A DNA stretch of 64,000 nt, taken from positions 81,539-145,538 of the forward strand of contig JAFQZN010000008.1 in assembly GCA_017405865.1 (NCBI GenBank). The letters are read 5' to 3'. Below are positions 52,603-62,668 of this stretch, one piece after another (the stretch's first letter is position 1; each line of letters opens with the position of its first letter). A program made the position numbers and the translations under genes. Under the pieces are notes generated by a model, which saw nothing but the letters and a program-made list of their open reading frames with translations, searched no databases and was not told where the DNA came from. This stretch comes from Oscillospiraceae bacterium. Its GTDB lineage: Bacteria; Bacillota; Clostridia; Oscillospirales; Oscillospiraceae.

Positions 52603-55022
52603 TGACGGATCCTCGTCTTCGGCTTCTGCTTTTCCTGCGGCACGTTGACCGGAGGAACCGACTTCTGCAGCGCATGGTTTTCCCTGTTTTCCTCTGCGGG
52701 AAAAATCAGCGCAGCGTCAATCACCGCGTCAGCGTAATCGACCAGAATGAAATCCAGCGCCTTCCGAACGGTCTGGTCGATCTCATCCAGATCCTTTTCA
52801 TTCGCGCGCGGAATAATGACGGTCTTAACGCCGTGGCGCAGCGCGGCCATGGTCTTTTCCTTCAGACCGCCGATCGGAAGCACGCGGCCGCGAATGGAAA
52901 TCTCGCCCGTCATGGCAATGTCGCGGCGAACCGGCGCGCCGGTCAGCGCAGAAACCATCGCCGTGCAGACGGTAATACCTGCGGACGGTCCGTCCTTGGG
53001 AACGGCGCCCTCGGGGAAATGCACGTGGATGTCCTTCGTCTTATAGAAATCGACGGGAATATGCAGGCTTTCCGCGCGCGAGCGGATAAAGCTCATCGCG
53101 GCCTGCACGGACTCCTTCATCACCTCGCCGAGGTTGCCGGTCAAATTGAGCTTGCCGGTGCCTTCGGTGACGTTGCATTCAACCTCAAGCGTCTCGCCGC
53201 CGACGGCCGTCCACGCAAGCCCGGTGACCAGGCCGACGGTATCTGCTGGTGCAAGCTTATCGGGAAGGATCTTCCGTACGCCGAGGAACTCCTGCAGATT
53301 CGCGCCTTTGACGCGGATTCGTTTGAGCTCCGGCTCGGAGACAAAGCGCATCGCGCATTTTCTGCACAGATTGGCGATCTCACGTTCCAGATTGCGAACG
53401 CCGGACTCTCTCGTGTAGCACTGGATCATCTCACGGATCGCGTCGTCCGTGACGCCGACCTGCGACTTTTTGAGGCCGTGCTTTTTCAGCTGCTTCGGCA
53501 GCAGATGCTGCTTGGCGATCATCAGCTTTTCCTCGTCCGTGTAGGAATTCAGCTCAATGACTTCCATGCGGTCAAGCAGCGCGCGCGGGATCGTATCGGT
53601 CGTGTTGGCCGTTGTGATGAACATGCAGTCGCTCAAATCGAACGGAATTTCCAGATAATTGTCGCGGAAGGCGTTGTTCTGTTCCGCGTCCAGCACCTCA
53701 AGCAGTGCGGCGGACGGATCGCCGCGATAATCGCTGCCGAGCTTGTCGATCTCGTCAAGGAGCAGCAGCGGATTGGAGGATCCCGCCTGCTGCAGGGCGG
53801 CAAGGATTCTGCCCGGCATTGCGCCGATATAGGTCTTTCTGTGGCCGCGGATCTCTGCTTCATCGTGGATCCCGCCGAGCGAGATTCTTGCGAGCTTTCG
53901 GTTCAATGCGCGCGCAACGCTCATGGCGACAGAGGTTTTACCGACGCCCGGAGGGCCGACCAGACAGATGATCTGCCCCGGCAGATCTGGCGCAAGCTGC
54001 TTGACCGCAAGAATCTCCAGGATTCTCTCCTTGACCTTCTGCAGGCCGAAGTGATCCTCATCGAGAATCTTTCGCGCAGCGTTCACGTCCAGCCGCTCTT
54101 TCGTCTTCTTGTTCCACGGCAGATCCAGCGCCACGTCCAGATAATTTCGGATCACAGACGCCTCGGAAGAACCGTAGGGCTGCTTTGCAAGCCGCTGCAC
54201 TTCCTTTTCGAGCTTTTCAGCCGCATCCTCCGGAAGCTCCGCCTTTGCGATTTTCTCTCTGTATTCCTCGATCTCCGCCTCGTCGTCGTTTTCGCCGAGC
54301 TCCGAGCGGATGACCTTCATCTGCTCGCGCAGGAAGTAATCGCGCTGTCCCTTGTCGATGCTCTGCTGCGTCTCGTCCTGCAGGTGGTTTTCCATCTCCA
54401 GCACGTCCAGCTCTCTGGCAAGGAGCTTGATCGTCGTTTCCAGACGGTGTACGGGGTGCAGCTGTTTGAGTACGGTCATCTTTTCCGCGTAGCCGAAGGT
54501 TGCTGCCTGCGCGATCAGATCGGCGATCAGACCGGGCTGATTCGTTGCGAGGATCTTCAGCATATACTCCTGCACCGGGCGCTGCGACAGCTCCGTAAAG
54601 TCCTCAAAAAGCTGGATCGCCTGCCGCTTCAGCGCCTCGATCTTCGCCGTTCCGGCGACGTAATCGGCGTCGGGAACGGATTCTGTTCTGGCACTCATAT
54701 ACGGCGTTTTCTGCAGCGTATCCGTAATCCTCGCGCGATACTCACCGAAGACCAGCACACGCACGGAGTCTCCCGGCAGCTTCAGCACCTGCCGCACGTG
54801 GGCGACCGTACCGATCGAATACAGATCCTTAAAATCGGGATCATCCTGCAAAATATCCTTTTGCGTGATCAGCAGGATCCGCTGATCCCCTGCCATCGCC
54901 TTATCCAGCGCACGGACGGACTTCTCCCTGCCGACGTCAAAATGCATCGTTGCCTGCGGAAAGGCCGTCAGGCCGCGCAGGGGCAGCACCGGCATGCGTT
55001 CGGAAATAATTATCTCGTTCAT
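52599..55022 (-). CDS. lon: Lon protease
   Basis: LPLRG N-domain, [24 protein letters not shown] catalytic Ser, IGGLKEK. Confidence 0.98.
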   Translation of the reverse strand: MNEIIISERMPVLPLRGLTAFPQATMHFDVGREKSVRALDKAMAGDQRILLITQKDILQDDPDFKDLYSIGTVAHVRQVLKLPGDSVRVLVFGEYRARITDTLQKTPYMSARTESVPDADYVAGTAKIEALKRQAIQLFEDFTELSQRPVQEYMLKILATNQPGLIADLIAQAATFGYAEKMTVLKQLHPVHRLETTIKLLARELDVLEMENHLQDETQQSIDKGQRDYFLREQMKVIRSELGENDDEAEIEEYREKIAKAELPEDAAEKLEKEVQRLAKQPYGSSEASVIRNYLDVALDLPWNKKTKERLDVNAARKILDEDHFGLQKVKERILEILAVKQLAPDLPGQIICLVGPPGVGKTSVAMSVARALNRKLARISLGGIHDEAEIRGHRKTYIGAMPGRILAALQQAGSSNPLLLLDEIDKLGSDYRGDPSAALLEVLDAEQNNAFRDNYLEIPFDLSDCMFITTANTTDTIPRALLDRMEVIELNSYTDEEKLMIAKQHLLPKQLKKHGLKKSQVGVTDDAIREMIQCYTRESGVRNLEREIANLCRKCAMRFVSEPELKRIRVKGANLQEFLGVRKILPDKLAPADTVGLVTGLAWTAVGGETLEVECNVTEGTGKLNLTGNLGEVMKESVQAAMSFIRSRAESLHIPVDFYKTKDIHVHFPEGAVPKDGPSAGITVCTAMVSALTGAPVRRDIAMTGEISIRGRVLPIGGLKEKTMAALRHGVKTVIIPRANEKDLDEIDQTVRKALDFILVDYADAVIDAALIFPAEENRENHALQKSVPPVNVPQEKQKPKTRIRQ

Positions 55023-55095
55023 AGGGTCTCCTTTCGCGGGAAAGCTCCCGCAGTAAACAGGAAGAGGGGGCAAAGCCTTTGCTCCCTCCTGCCCG

Positions 55096-56343
55096 TTATC
55101 CGGCGTTCGGCCGTTTCGCTTTTTCTCGCGTGACCTTCGGCGCGCCGCCGTTCAAAACACAGTCCCGTGTGATCAGGACCTTCGTGATGGAAGGATCGGA
55201 CGGGATCTCGTACATGATCTTCGTCATAACGTCCTCCAGTACGGCGCGCAGACCGCGCGCACCGATCTTACGGTCGATCGCTTTCTGCGCGACGGCGTCC
55301 AAAGCCTCCGGCTCAAAGTCGAGCTTGACGTGATCCAGCTCCAGCAATCTGCGGTACTGACGGCAAAGCGCGTTTTTCGGCTCGGTCAGAATGCGGACCA
55401 GATCCTCCTTCGTCAGGCTGCCGAGACTGGTGACGACAGGCATTCTGCCGACCAGCTCCGGGATGATTCCGAATTTCAGAAGATCGTGGGGCTGTACCTG
55501 TGCAAAGAGCTTGCCGACGTCCCGCTCCGCGCGGTTTTTCAGCTCTGCTCCGAAGCCGAGGCTGGAACGGTCGACGCGCTTTTCAATGATCTTATCCAAG
55601 CCGTCGAACGCGCCGCCGCAGATAAAGAGAATATTGGTCGTGTCGATCTGGATGAACTCCTGCTGCGGGTGCTTTCTGCCGCCCTGTGGCGGGACGTTCG
55701 CAACCGTTCCCTCCAAAATCTTCAGCAGCGCCTGCTGTACGCCCTCGCCGGAAACGTCACGGGTAATTGAGGTATTTTCGCTCTTACGGGCGATTTTGTC
55801 CATTTCGTCGATGTAGATAATGCCGCGCTCGGCAAGCTCTACGTCGAAATCAGCCGCCTGCAGCAGCCGAAGCAGAATGTTCTCCACGTCCTCGCCGACG
55901 TAGCCGGCTTCGGTCAGCGTAGTCGCATCGGCGATCGCAAACGGAACATTCAGAATTTTTGCCAGCGTCTGCGCAAAGAGCGTCTTGCCGCAGCCGGTCG
56001 GGCCGATCAGCAGGATATTGCTCTTCTGCAGCTCCACGTCGGAGAGCCTGCCGTAGTAGATGCGCTTATAGTGGTTATACACCGCGACGGAAAGGGCGAT
56101 TTTCGCCTCCTCCTGCCCGATGATGTAACCGTCCATATAATCCTTGATCTCCTTCGGCGTCGGAAGGTGTTCCGGCGCCTCCAGCTCGCCGCGCTCTGCA
56201 GTTTCGTACATATTCTCCGCCAGAAGGCTGGAGCATAGCTCCACGCATTCATTGCAGATGAATACGTTCGGACCGGAAAGAATGCGGTCGACCTGTCCCT
56301 GTGTTTTGCCGCAGAAGGAACAGCGGATCAGTTTTTCAGCCAA
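55096..56343 (-). CDS. clpX: ClpX ATPase
   Basis: CSFCGK..CNEC Zn finger, [21 protein letters not shown] loop; TTG start. Confidence 0.98.
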   Translation of the reverse strand: MAEKLIRCSFCGKTQGQVDRILSGPNVFICNECVELCSSLLAENMYETAERGELEAPEHLPTPKEIKDYMDGYIIGQEEAKIALSVAVYNHYKRIYYGRLSDVELQKSNILLIGPTGCGKTLFAQTLAKILNVPFAIADATTLTEAGYVGEDVENILLRLLQAADFDVELAERGIIYIDEMDKIARKSENTSITRDVSGEGVQQALLKILEGTVANVPPQGGRKHPQQEFIQIDTTNILFICGGAFDGLDKIIEKRVDRSSLGFGAELKNRAERDVGKLFAQVQPHDLLKFGIIPELVGRMPVVTSLGSLTKEDLVRILTEPKNALCRQYRRLLELDHVKLDFEPEALDAVAQKAIDRKIGARGLRAVLEDVMTKIMYEIPSDPSITKVLITRDCVLNGGAPKVTREKAKRPNAG

Positions 56344-56359
56344 AACAATCTCCCCTTAA

Positions 56360-56941
56360 TTATCTCTGATAGATCACCTGATCGATGAGACCGTATTCCT
56401 TCGCCTCTTCGGCGGAAAGGAAATGATCGCGCTCGCAGTCGGCAGCGACCTGCTCATACGGCTTGCCGGTGTTTTCGGCCAGGATCTCGTTCAAGCGCTT
56501 CTTGATATCGAGGATCCGCTGCGCGTGGATCTGGATATCGGTGACCTGACCCTGCGCGCCGCCGGACGGCTGATGGATCATGATTTCCGCGTTCGGGAGT
56601 GCATAACGCTTACCCTTCGTTCCGGCGGAAAGCAGGAACGCGCCCATGGACGCAGCCAGACCGACACAGATCGTGGAAACGTCGCACTTGATATACTTCA
56701 TCGTGTCGTAAATTGCCATGCCTGCGGTCACGCTGCCGCCGGGGCTGTTGATGTAGAACTGGATATCCTTATCGGGATCCTGTGCCTCCAGATACAGAAG
56801 CTGAGCGACGACGAGGCTTGCGGTGGTATCGTTGACCTCCTCGGACAGGAAGATGATGCGGTCATTGAGCAAGCGGGAAAAAATATCGTACGAACGCTCG
56901 CCGCGGCTGGTCTGTTCAACAACGTAAGGTACTAAACTCAT
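56360..56941 (-). CDS. clpP: ClpP protease
   Basis: [31 protein letters not shown]. Confidence 0.98.
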   Translation of the reverse strand: MSLVPYVVEQTSRGERSYDIFSRLLNDRIIFLSEEVNDTTASLVVAQLLYLEAQDPDKDIQFYINSPGGSVTAGMAIYDTMKYIKCDVSTICVGLAASMGAFLLSAGTKGKRYALPNAEIMIHQPSGGAQGQVTDIQIHAQRILDIKKRLNEILAENTGKPYEQVAADCERDHFLSAEEAKEYGLIDQVIYQR

Positions 56942-56986
56942 AGCTGTACTCCTTTCTCGAGACATTCTAACCGTTCCGAAAGAGGA

Positions 56987-58294
56987 TTATTCCTCTTCCT
57001 TCTTTTCCTCGGCCTTGGGCGCAACGGCGACGGCGTTTTCCGTGATCAGCTTCGCAGCCTTGCGAACCTGCAGATCTCCCTCCATGCCCTTGCGGTCAAG
57101 AATCTCCTTGATCTTTTCGACGTCCATCTTGTAGGACTCCGCGAGCTTTGCATACTCCTCCTCGCATTCTTCGTCGGTGACTTCGATCTTCTCTGCGTCA
57201 ACGACGGCGTCCAGCAGGACGTTGGTTTTTACGGAAGATAGCGCGCCCGGACGGAGGCTGTTCTTGATGTTCTCCATCGTGCCGCCCATCATATTGGCAT
57301 AGACCTCCAGAGAAGCACCCTGCGAGCGAAGCTCATAATCCATGCGCTCCATCTGACGCTCCAGCTCCTCTTCCACCATGCTGTCGGGGATCTCGACGGT
57401 CATGTTGGCGACTGCCTTTTCGAGCGCGGCGTTTTCAAAGGCACGGTCGATGCCGGCCTGCTTCTCGGTGCGGATGCGATTTTCGACGTCGGCGCGAAGC
57501 TCCGCCATGGTGTCGAACTCGGAGACATCCTTGACGAACTCATCGTCCTTCTCGGGAACGACGGTTTCCTTGACCTCGTGCAGCTTCACCTTAAAGACGA
57601 CAGACGCGCCCTTCAGTTCCTCCGCATGATAGTCTTCCGGGAAGGTCACGTTGATGTCCTTCTCCTCACCGGCGCTCATGCCGACGACCTGCTCCTCAAA
57701 GCCGGGAATAAAGGAGCCGGAGCCGAGCTTCAGCTCGTAATTCTCGCCCTTGCCGCCCTCGAAGGCGACGCCGTCCTTGAAGCCCTCAAAATCGATCACG
57801 GCCGTATCACCGTCCTGTGCCGGGCGGTCAACCGTCGAAATACGGGCGACGTTCTGCGCCATGCGGTCGATTTCCGCGTCGATCTCGGATTCTGCAACCT
57901 CTGCGTCGACCTTTTCGACTTCGAGGCCCTTGTACTGACCGAGCGTAACCTCGGGATACAGATCCGTGTCGATTGTCAGCGTAACGGAATCGTCGTCGTT
58001 GATCACGAGAGCGGAAACACTCGGACGGCCGACGGGCTTGATCTCCTGCGAGAGAACACATTCCTTATAAATCTCCGGGAACAGCTCTTCGATGGCGTCT
58101 TCAAAGAAAACGTGCTTGCCGTAAGCGGCCTCGATGACCATGCGCGGAGCCTTGCCCTTGCGGAAGCCGGGAATCGTGATATCCTTGCGAACCTTCAGAT
58201 AAACCTTGTTGAGCGCAGGCTCCAGCTCCTCGCGGCTGACGAGCGCAGTCACCTTTGCTTTGACGGCTTCTTTTTCGATGTTTTTAACGATCAT
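56987..58294 (-). CDS. tig: Trigger factor
   Basis: PGFRKGKAP, FKBP domain IDFEG..FIPGFEEQ; start MIVKN from RBS AGGAGG. Confidence 0.97.
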   Translation of the reverse strand: MIVKNIEKEAVKAKVTALVSREELEPALNKVYLKVRKDITIPGFRKGKAPRMVIEAAYGKHVFFEDAIEELFPEIYKECVLSQEIKPVGRPSVSALVINDDDSVTLTIDTDLYPEVTLGQYKGLEVEKVDAEVAESEIDAEIDRMAQNVARISTVDRPAQDGDTAVIDFEGFKDGVAFEGGKGENYELKLGSGSFIPGFEEQVVGMSAGEEKDINVTFPEDYHAEELKGASVVFKVKLHEVKETVVPEKDDEFVKDVSEFDTMAELRADVENRIRTEKQAGIDRAFENAALEKAVANMTVEIPDSMVEEELERQMERMDYELRSQGASLEVYANMMGGTMENIKNSLRPGALSSVKTNVLLDAVVDAEKIEVTDEECEEEYAKLAESYKMDVEKIKEILDRKGMEGDLQVRKAAKLITENAVAVAPKAEEKKEEE

Positions 58295-58351
58295 GCTTGG
58301 TTTCCTCCTATGTGTTGCGCACATGGCGCACTATTTACAGATAGCCGATAT

Positions 58352-58380
58352 ATTTTATCAGATAATTCTGTATTTTTCAA
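58352..58380 (-). promoter_or_regulatory. sigmaA promoter of tig-clpP-clpX-lon-engB
   Basis: TTGAAA-17-TAAAAT with extended -10 TG. Confidence 0.7.
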
Positions 58381-58390
58381 CTGTTTTTTG

Positions 58391-59080
58391 TTATTTCAAG
58401 CGAACAGGTCTGAATTTCAAAAAATCTGCGGCGCAGAGACGGAAGTTTATCCCGTCGTAATTCCCTTCGATCGCCAGCTTGTGACTGTCGCCGTGCAGAT
58501 GTCCGTAGCAGCATTCCTTCACGCCGTATTGCTTCAATAAGGCCAGAATCTCCGGGCATTCATAGCCCCGGTAGCGCGGCGGGTAATGCAGAAAGCAGTA
58601 GATTTCTTCCCGTTCCGCCGCCTGCAGCGATGCCTCCAGCCGGATCAGCTCCCGTTTGAAAACCTTATCGTTGTGGCTTCCCTCTTCTGCGTCTTCCTCA
58701 AAGAACCAGCCACGCGTCCCGCAGATCGCAGTATCTTCGTAAACGTAGGCATTATTATTCAGGATGAACATGTCGGAAAAGTCGTTTTCCTCGCAGAAGC
58801 GATAAAACTTCGCGGCAGTCGTCCACCAGAAGTCGTGATTCCCCTTGAGAATGATCTTTCTGCCGGGAATGGCATTGATATAGGCGAAGTCCTCTCTCGC
58901 GCCCTCCAGATCGAGCGCCCACGAGAGGTCTCCGAGCAGCACCGTCGTATCCTCCGGCGTGATGACGGACAGGCCTTCGTGCAGCTTTTCCATATAATTT
59001 TGCCAAGCGCCGCCGAAAACGTCCATCGGCTTATCCGTGCCGAGGGACAGGTGCAGATCGCCGATCGCATAAAGCGCCAT
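58391..59080 (-). CDS. Calcineurin-like metallophosphoesterase
   Basis: GDLH, GDLSW, GNHD, LHYPP, GHLH. Confidence 0.9.
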   Translation of the reverse strand: MALYAIGDLHLSLGTDKPMDVFGGAWQNYMEKLHEGLSVITPEDTTVLLGDLSWALDLEGAREDFAYINAIPGRKIILKGNHDFWWTTAAKFYRFCEENDFSDMFILNNNAYVYEDTAICGTRGWFFEEDAEEGSHNDKVFKRELIRLEASLQAAEREEIYCFLHYPPRYRGYECPEILALLKQYGVKECCYGHLHGDSHKLAIEGNYDGINFRLCAADFLKFRPVRLK

Positions 59081-59094
59081 CCGTCTTCCTCCCT

Positions 59095-60021
59095 TCAGAA
59101 CAAGCGGTACAGGTTATCGTAAAATATCAGATTCAATAGATCGTCGGAATAGCCCTTGCTTTTCAAGAACTCATAAAAGCCGACGTAACCGGTTAAGTCG
59201 TGAAAACCTTTCGCCAGAACGTCGCAGCCGTCCAGATCGCCGCCCAAAGCAACGTGCGTCACCCCGCAGATGATCAGCATTCGCTCCAGATGCAATTGCA
59301 GCGTGTCAAAATCCGCGTTCTCACCCAAGAACGGCGGATAGAGATTCAAACCCACCGTACCGCCGGTTTCTGCAATTGCGCGCAGCTGATCGTCCGTCAG
59401 ATTCCGGGAATGATCGCACCACGCGCGGCAGTTGGAGTGGCTCGCAAGGATTGGGTTCGTTGTAATATCCACGATGTCCCAAAAGGAGGACTTCGACAGA
59501 TGCGAAACGTCAATTAGAATATTATTTTCCTCCGCTGCCTTGACGAATGCTCTTCCCCGGTCGGTCAGACCCCGATCGCTGCTGTGGTATCCTGCCAGCG
59601 CGTTATCCGCGTTCCAGGTCAGCGTCGTCATGCAGAAGCCCTGCTCTCGCAGCTGCGCAAGTCGCTCCGGGTCGCAGCCGATCACCTCCGGCCCCTCAAC
59701 GGAAAGAAGGGCTGCTGCCTTTCCTTGATCGTTCAGTTCTTTGATTCTCTCCGCGTTTGCGGCAAAGCCGATTGCATCCCCGTTTCGTTCCACTTCCTCG
59801 CGCAGCAGCGAGAGCGGAATCGTCAGATATTCCTCCTGTGTGCAGGGCATCAAGTCCGTCATACCGGCATAGCTGCAAAAAGCAAACACCTGCGCATAGG
59901 CGTGAAATGCACGCGCTTTCACGAGATCGACGTGGCAGGTGTTTTGCAGCAGCGTCTGATTCTGTTGCCAGAGCATAAAGGCGGTATCACAATGACCGTC
60001 AAATAAGCGGATCTTACTCAA
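59095..60021 (-). CDS. Membrane dipeptidase family (peptidase M19)
   Basis: DGHCD, SVEG, DVSH, ASHSN, GGDLDG; TTG start at 60021 with GGAGG RBS inside the yraN 3' end. Confidence 0.85.
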   Translation of the reverse strand: MSKIRLFDGHCDTAFMLWQQNQTLLQNTCHVDLVKARAFHAYAQVFAFCSYAGMTDLMPCTQEEYLTIPLSLLREEVERNGDAIGFAANAERIKELNDQGKAAALLSVEGPEVIGCDPERLAQLREQGFCMTTLTWNADNALAGYHSSDRGLTDRGRAFVKAAEENNILIDVSHLSKSSFWDIVDITTNPILASHSNCRAWCDHSRNLTDDQLRAIAETGGTVGLNLYPPFLGENADFDTLQLHLERMLIICGVTHVALGGDLDGCDVLAKGFHDLTGYVGFYEFLKSKGYSDDLLNLIFYDNLYRLF

Positions 60022-60379
60022 AGGCGTCCTCCCAATGCTTGATTTCAGGGTGCTTTGTCTCCATTCCGTCGGGTGCATAGATTTCAATTACGTCGAAGCG
60101 CGGCTGCTTCGTATTGTCCGGGTTCTGCGACAGATAGATCGCTGCAGTCTGCTTCAGGCGTTCCTGCTTTCTGTGGTCGACAAATTCCTTTGCCTGCGCA
60201 AAGCTCGCGTTTTTGCGGAGCTTTACCTCCACAAAGGCCAGATACTTTCTGTTTTCCGCAATCAGATCAATCTCCCCAAAGCGGGAACGGTAGTTTGCTG
60301 CCGTGATCGTATAGCGTTTCTTTTGCAGATAGCCCGCGGCGAGGCCTTCGCCCCAGCGCCCCAACAGATCACGCGCCAT
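60014..60379 (-). CDS. yraN: YraN/UPF0102 family protein
   Basis: GRWGE..A, NYRSRFGEIDLI, FVEVK, RFDVI. Confidence 0.92.
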   Translation of the reverse strand: MARDLLGRWGEGLAAGYLQKKRYTITAANYRSRFGEIDLIAENRKYLAFVEVKLRKNASFAQAKEFVDHRKQERLKQTAAIYLSQNPDNTKQPRFDVIEIYAPDGMETKHPEIKHWEDAFE

Positions 60380-60977
60380 AGAGCTTTTTGAGGAAGGTCA
60401 TGCGGTGGATCGGACAGGGTCCGAATTCGCGCAGCGCGGCATAATGCGCCTGTGTGCCGTAACCCTTATGTACCGCAAAGCCGTACTGCGGATAGACCGC
60501 ATCCTGCTCCTCCATGAAGCAATCCCGGGTGACCTTGGCGATGATGGACGCTGCAGCGATATTTGCGCTCAAGCTGTCGCCCTTGATGATCGTCTGCACG
60601 GGAATCGCGCCGAAATCCGGCTCACGGTTGCCGTCCACGAGCGCAAGCGACGGCTGAACGGTAAGCTGGTCCACCGCTTGGTGCATGGCGAGGAAGGTCG
60701 CCTGCAAAATATTGATCTCGTCGATCGTCTTTTCATCGACCATGGCGACACCGTAGGCGACCGCCTGCTCCGTAATAATATCATAAAGCGCACGGCGGCG
60801 CTTGTCGGAGAGCTTTTTCGAGTCGTTCAGTCCTTCGATCTCCAGATCGCGCGGCAGGATAACGGCGGCGGCGCAGACCGGTCCTGCCAGAGGGCCTCTG
60901 CCCGCCTCGTCGACGCCGCAAATCAGCTCACAGCCCTTTTCAAAGGCGGCGTGTTCAAACTTCCAAAGATCACTCAT
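60369..60977 (-). CDS. rnhB: Ribonuclease HII
   Basis: GVDEAGRGPLAGPV, NDSKKL, KGD..S..IAAASIIAKVTRD, HKGYGT. Confidence 0.98.
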   Translation of the reverse strand: MSDLWKFEHAAFEKGCELICGVDEAGRGPLAGPVCAAAVILPRDLEIEGLNDSKKLSDKRRRALYDIITEQAVAYGVAMVDEKTIDEINILQATFLAMHQAVDQLTVQPSLALVDGNREPDFGAIPVQTIIKGDSLSANIAAASIIAKVTRDCFMEEQDAVYPQYGFAVHKGYGTQAHYAALREFGPCPIHRMTFLKKLYGA

Positions 60978-61837
60978 GTTTCCGGCTCCTCCAACGTAAA
61001 TCGTCCGATTTTGCAGCTGCGGAATTCCTCCAGCAGCACCCGCGCCATGCGCTCCGTGTCGATCTCGCCGCGCGCAAGCAGGAAGCCGCGCTTTCTTCCC
61101 GCCTCTTCCAGCAATTCATAGCCCTTCGCATCCTCCGGCAGGTCGATCCGGTAGCGCTCGCGCAGGGCTTCGGGATAGCGCTGCCAGAGCAGAGCGATCA
61201 GATTGCAGGCAAGCGTCTCGATATCGAGAATATCGTCCTTGACTGCGCCGGTATAGGCAAGACGTCTGCCGACCTCTTCATCGTCGAATTTCGGCCACAG
61301 AATACCGGGTGTGTCCAGCAGAAGCAGTCCGTTATCGACCGTGACCCACTGCTTGCCGCGGGTCACGCCGGGACGGTTTTCCGCTTTTGCGCCCTTGCGG
61401 CCGGAGATCTGATTGATAAAGGTCGACTTGCCGACGTTCGGGATACCGACGATCATCAATTTGAGCGGCTTGTTGACGAAGCCGCGCTCCTGATAGTGCT
61501 GCAGTTTTTTGGCAAGCAGCTCGCGTACGGTCGGGATAAACCGGTCGATCCCCCGGCGGCTCTTGCAGTCCGTTCTTAAAACGCAGCAGCCCTTGCTTTT
61601 GAAGTAATCGCTCCAGCGCGCCGTTGCGGCGGGATCGGCAAGGTCGATTCGGTTTAGGATCACCATGCGCGGCTTTTTCCCGCAGATCGCGTCGATATCC
61701 GGATTGCGGCTTGCCATCGGGATCCGGGCGTCGAGCAGCTCGCAGACGGCGTCGACCAGCTTAAGATCCTCCTCCATCTGACGGCGCGTTTTTGTCATAT
61801 GCCCCGGATACCATTGGATATTCATATTATCGTTCAT
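60974..61837 (-). CDS. rbgA: Ribosome biogenesis GTPase RbgA/YlqF
   Basis: IQWYPGHM, DARIP..S.NP, GIPNVGKST, PGVTR, DTPGILWP. Confidence 0.97.
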   Translation of the reverse strand: MNDNMNIQWYPGHMTKTRRQMEEDLKLVDAVCELLDARIPMASRNPDIDAICGKKPRMVILNRIDLADPAATARWSDYFKSKGCCVLRTDCKSRRGIDRFIPTVRELLAKKLQHYQERGFVNKPLKLMIVGIPNVGKSTFINQISGRKGAKAENRPGVTRGKQWVTVDNGLLLLDTPGILWPKFDDEEVGRRLAYTGAVKDDILDIETLACNLIALLWQRYPEALRERYRIDLPEDAKGYELLEEAGRKRGFLLARGEIDTERMARVLLEEFRSCKIGRFTLEEPET

Positions 61838-62547
61838 TACGACACCGATCCGATCCTTCCGAAATCGCGCGAGCCGGTCACCGGATCCTTACCCGGCAGA
61901 ACGATCATCAGCACCTTGCCGAGCACCTGATTGAGCTTGATCTGACCGATTTCAGAAAAGCGACTGTCAGCGGAATTGTTGCGGTTATCGCCCATCACGA
62001 AGACGCAGTCCTTGTCGACCGTGACCTCCATCGGCACGGCGTAGCGCGCTTCCATCATCTCCCTGATATACGGCTCGTTCAACACGACGCCGTCTACGTA
62101 AACGCGGATCTCATTTTTGTCATCGTAGTCAATGCGAACGGTCTGCCCTTCCGTGGCGATGACGCGCTTGACGATCGGCTCGCCCTCGCGGAATTCCAGC
62201 TTGCGGGCAACGATGATGTCGCCGTATTTGAGATTTCCCATAATGACGTTACTCTGCAGCGCGAGATAATCGCTGTCCTGCAGGGTCGGCAGCATGGAAC
62301 CGCCGTTGACGCCGACCAGCCGGACGAAAAAGACAAAAATCAGCGTGATTGCCGCCAGAATATACACAAGATCGTGCAGCAGGGCGTAAATGTCGTACAG
62401 GACGCCGCCTTTTTCCTCCTCCGGCTGATCTTTCTTTTCCTCCGTCGCTTCCGGAGGCGCTTGGTTTTCTTCCTGCGGCTTTTCTTCCAGCGGCTCAGCA
62501 TCCTCCTTGCCGAATTCTTTCATGATCTCTTCGTATCTATCTTCCAT
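61837..62547 (-). CDS. lepB: Signal peptidase I
   Basis: TM helix, GGSMLPTL, IVKRVI, GDNRNNSADSR. Confidence 0.95.
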   Translation of the reverse strand: MEDRYEEIMKEFGKEDAEPLEEKPQEENQAPPEATEEKKDQPEEEKGGVLYDIYALLHDLVYILAAITLIFVFFVRLVGVNGGSMLPTLQDSDYLALQSNVIMGNLKYGDIIVARKLEFREGEPIVKRVIATEGQTVRIDYDDKNEIRVYVDGVVLNEPYIREMMEARYAVPMEVTVDKDCVFVMGDNRNNSADSRFSEIGQIKLNQVLGKVLMIVLPGKDPVTGSRDFGRIGSVS

Positions 62548-62634
62548 AAACGAAAATTCCTTTCCGTGTTCATATTTTTCCTAATATTAGATTATACACC
62601 AAACCGGAACGGAAATAAAGAAGAAAATGTAAAA

Positions 62635-62663
62635 AATCGTCCGGTGTTTTCCACCGGACGATT
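62635..62663 (-). terminator. Terminator after valS
   Basis: 12-bp perfect stem AATCGTCCGGTG/CACCGGACGATT followed by a U-tract on the minus strand. Confidence 0.8.
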
Positions 62664-62668
62664 CGGGA

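Noticed and set aside
58295-58390. CtsR box upstream of tig-clpP-clpX-lon
   Set aside because: No GGTCAAA direct repeat present.
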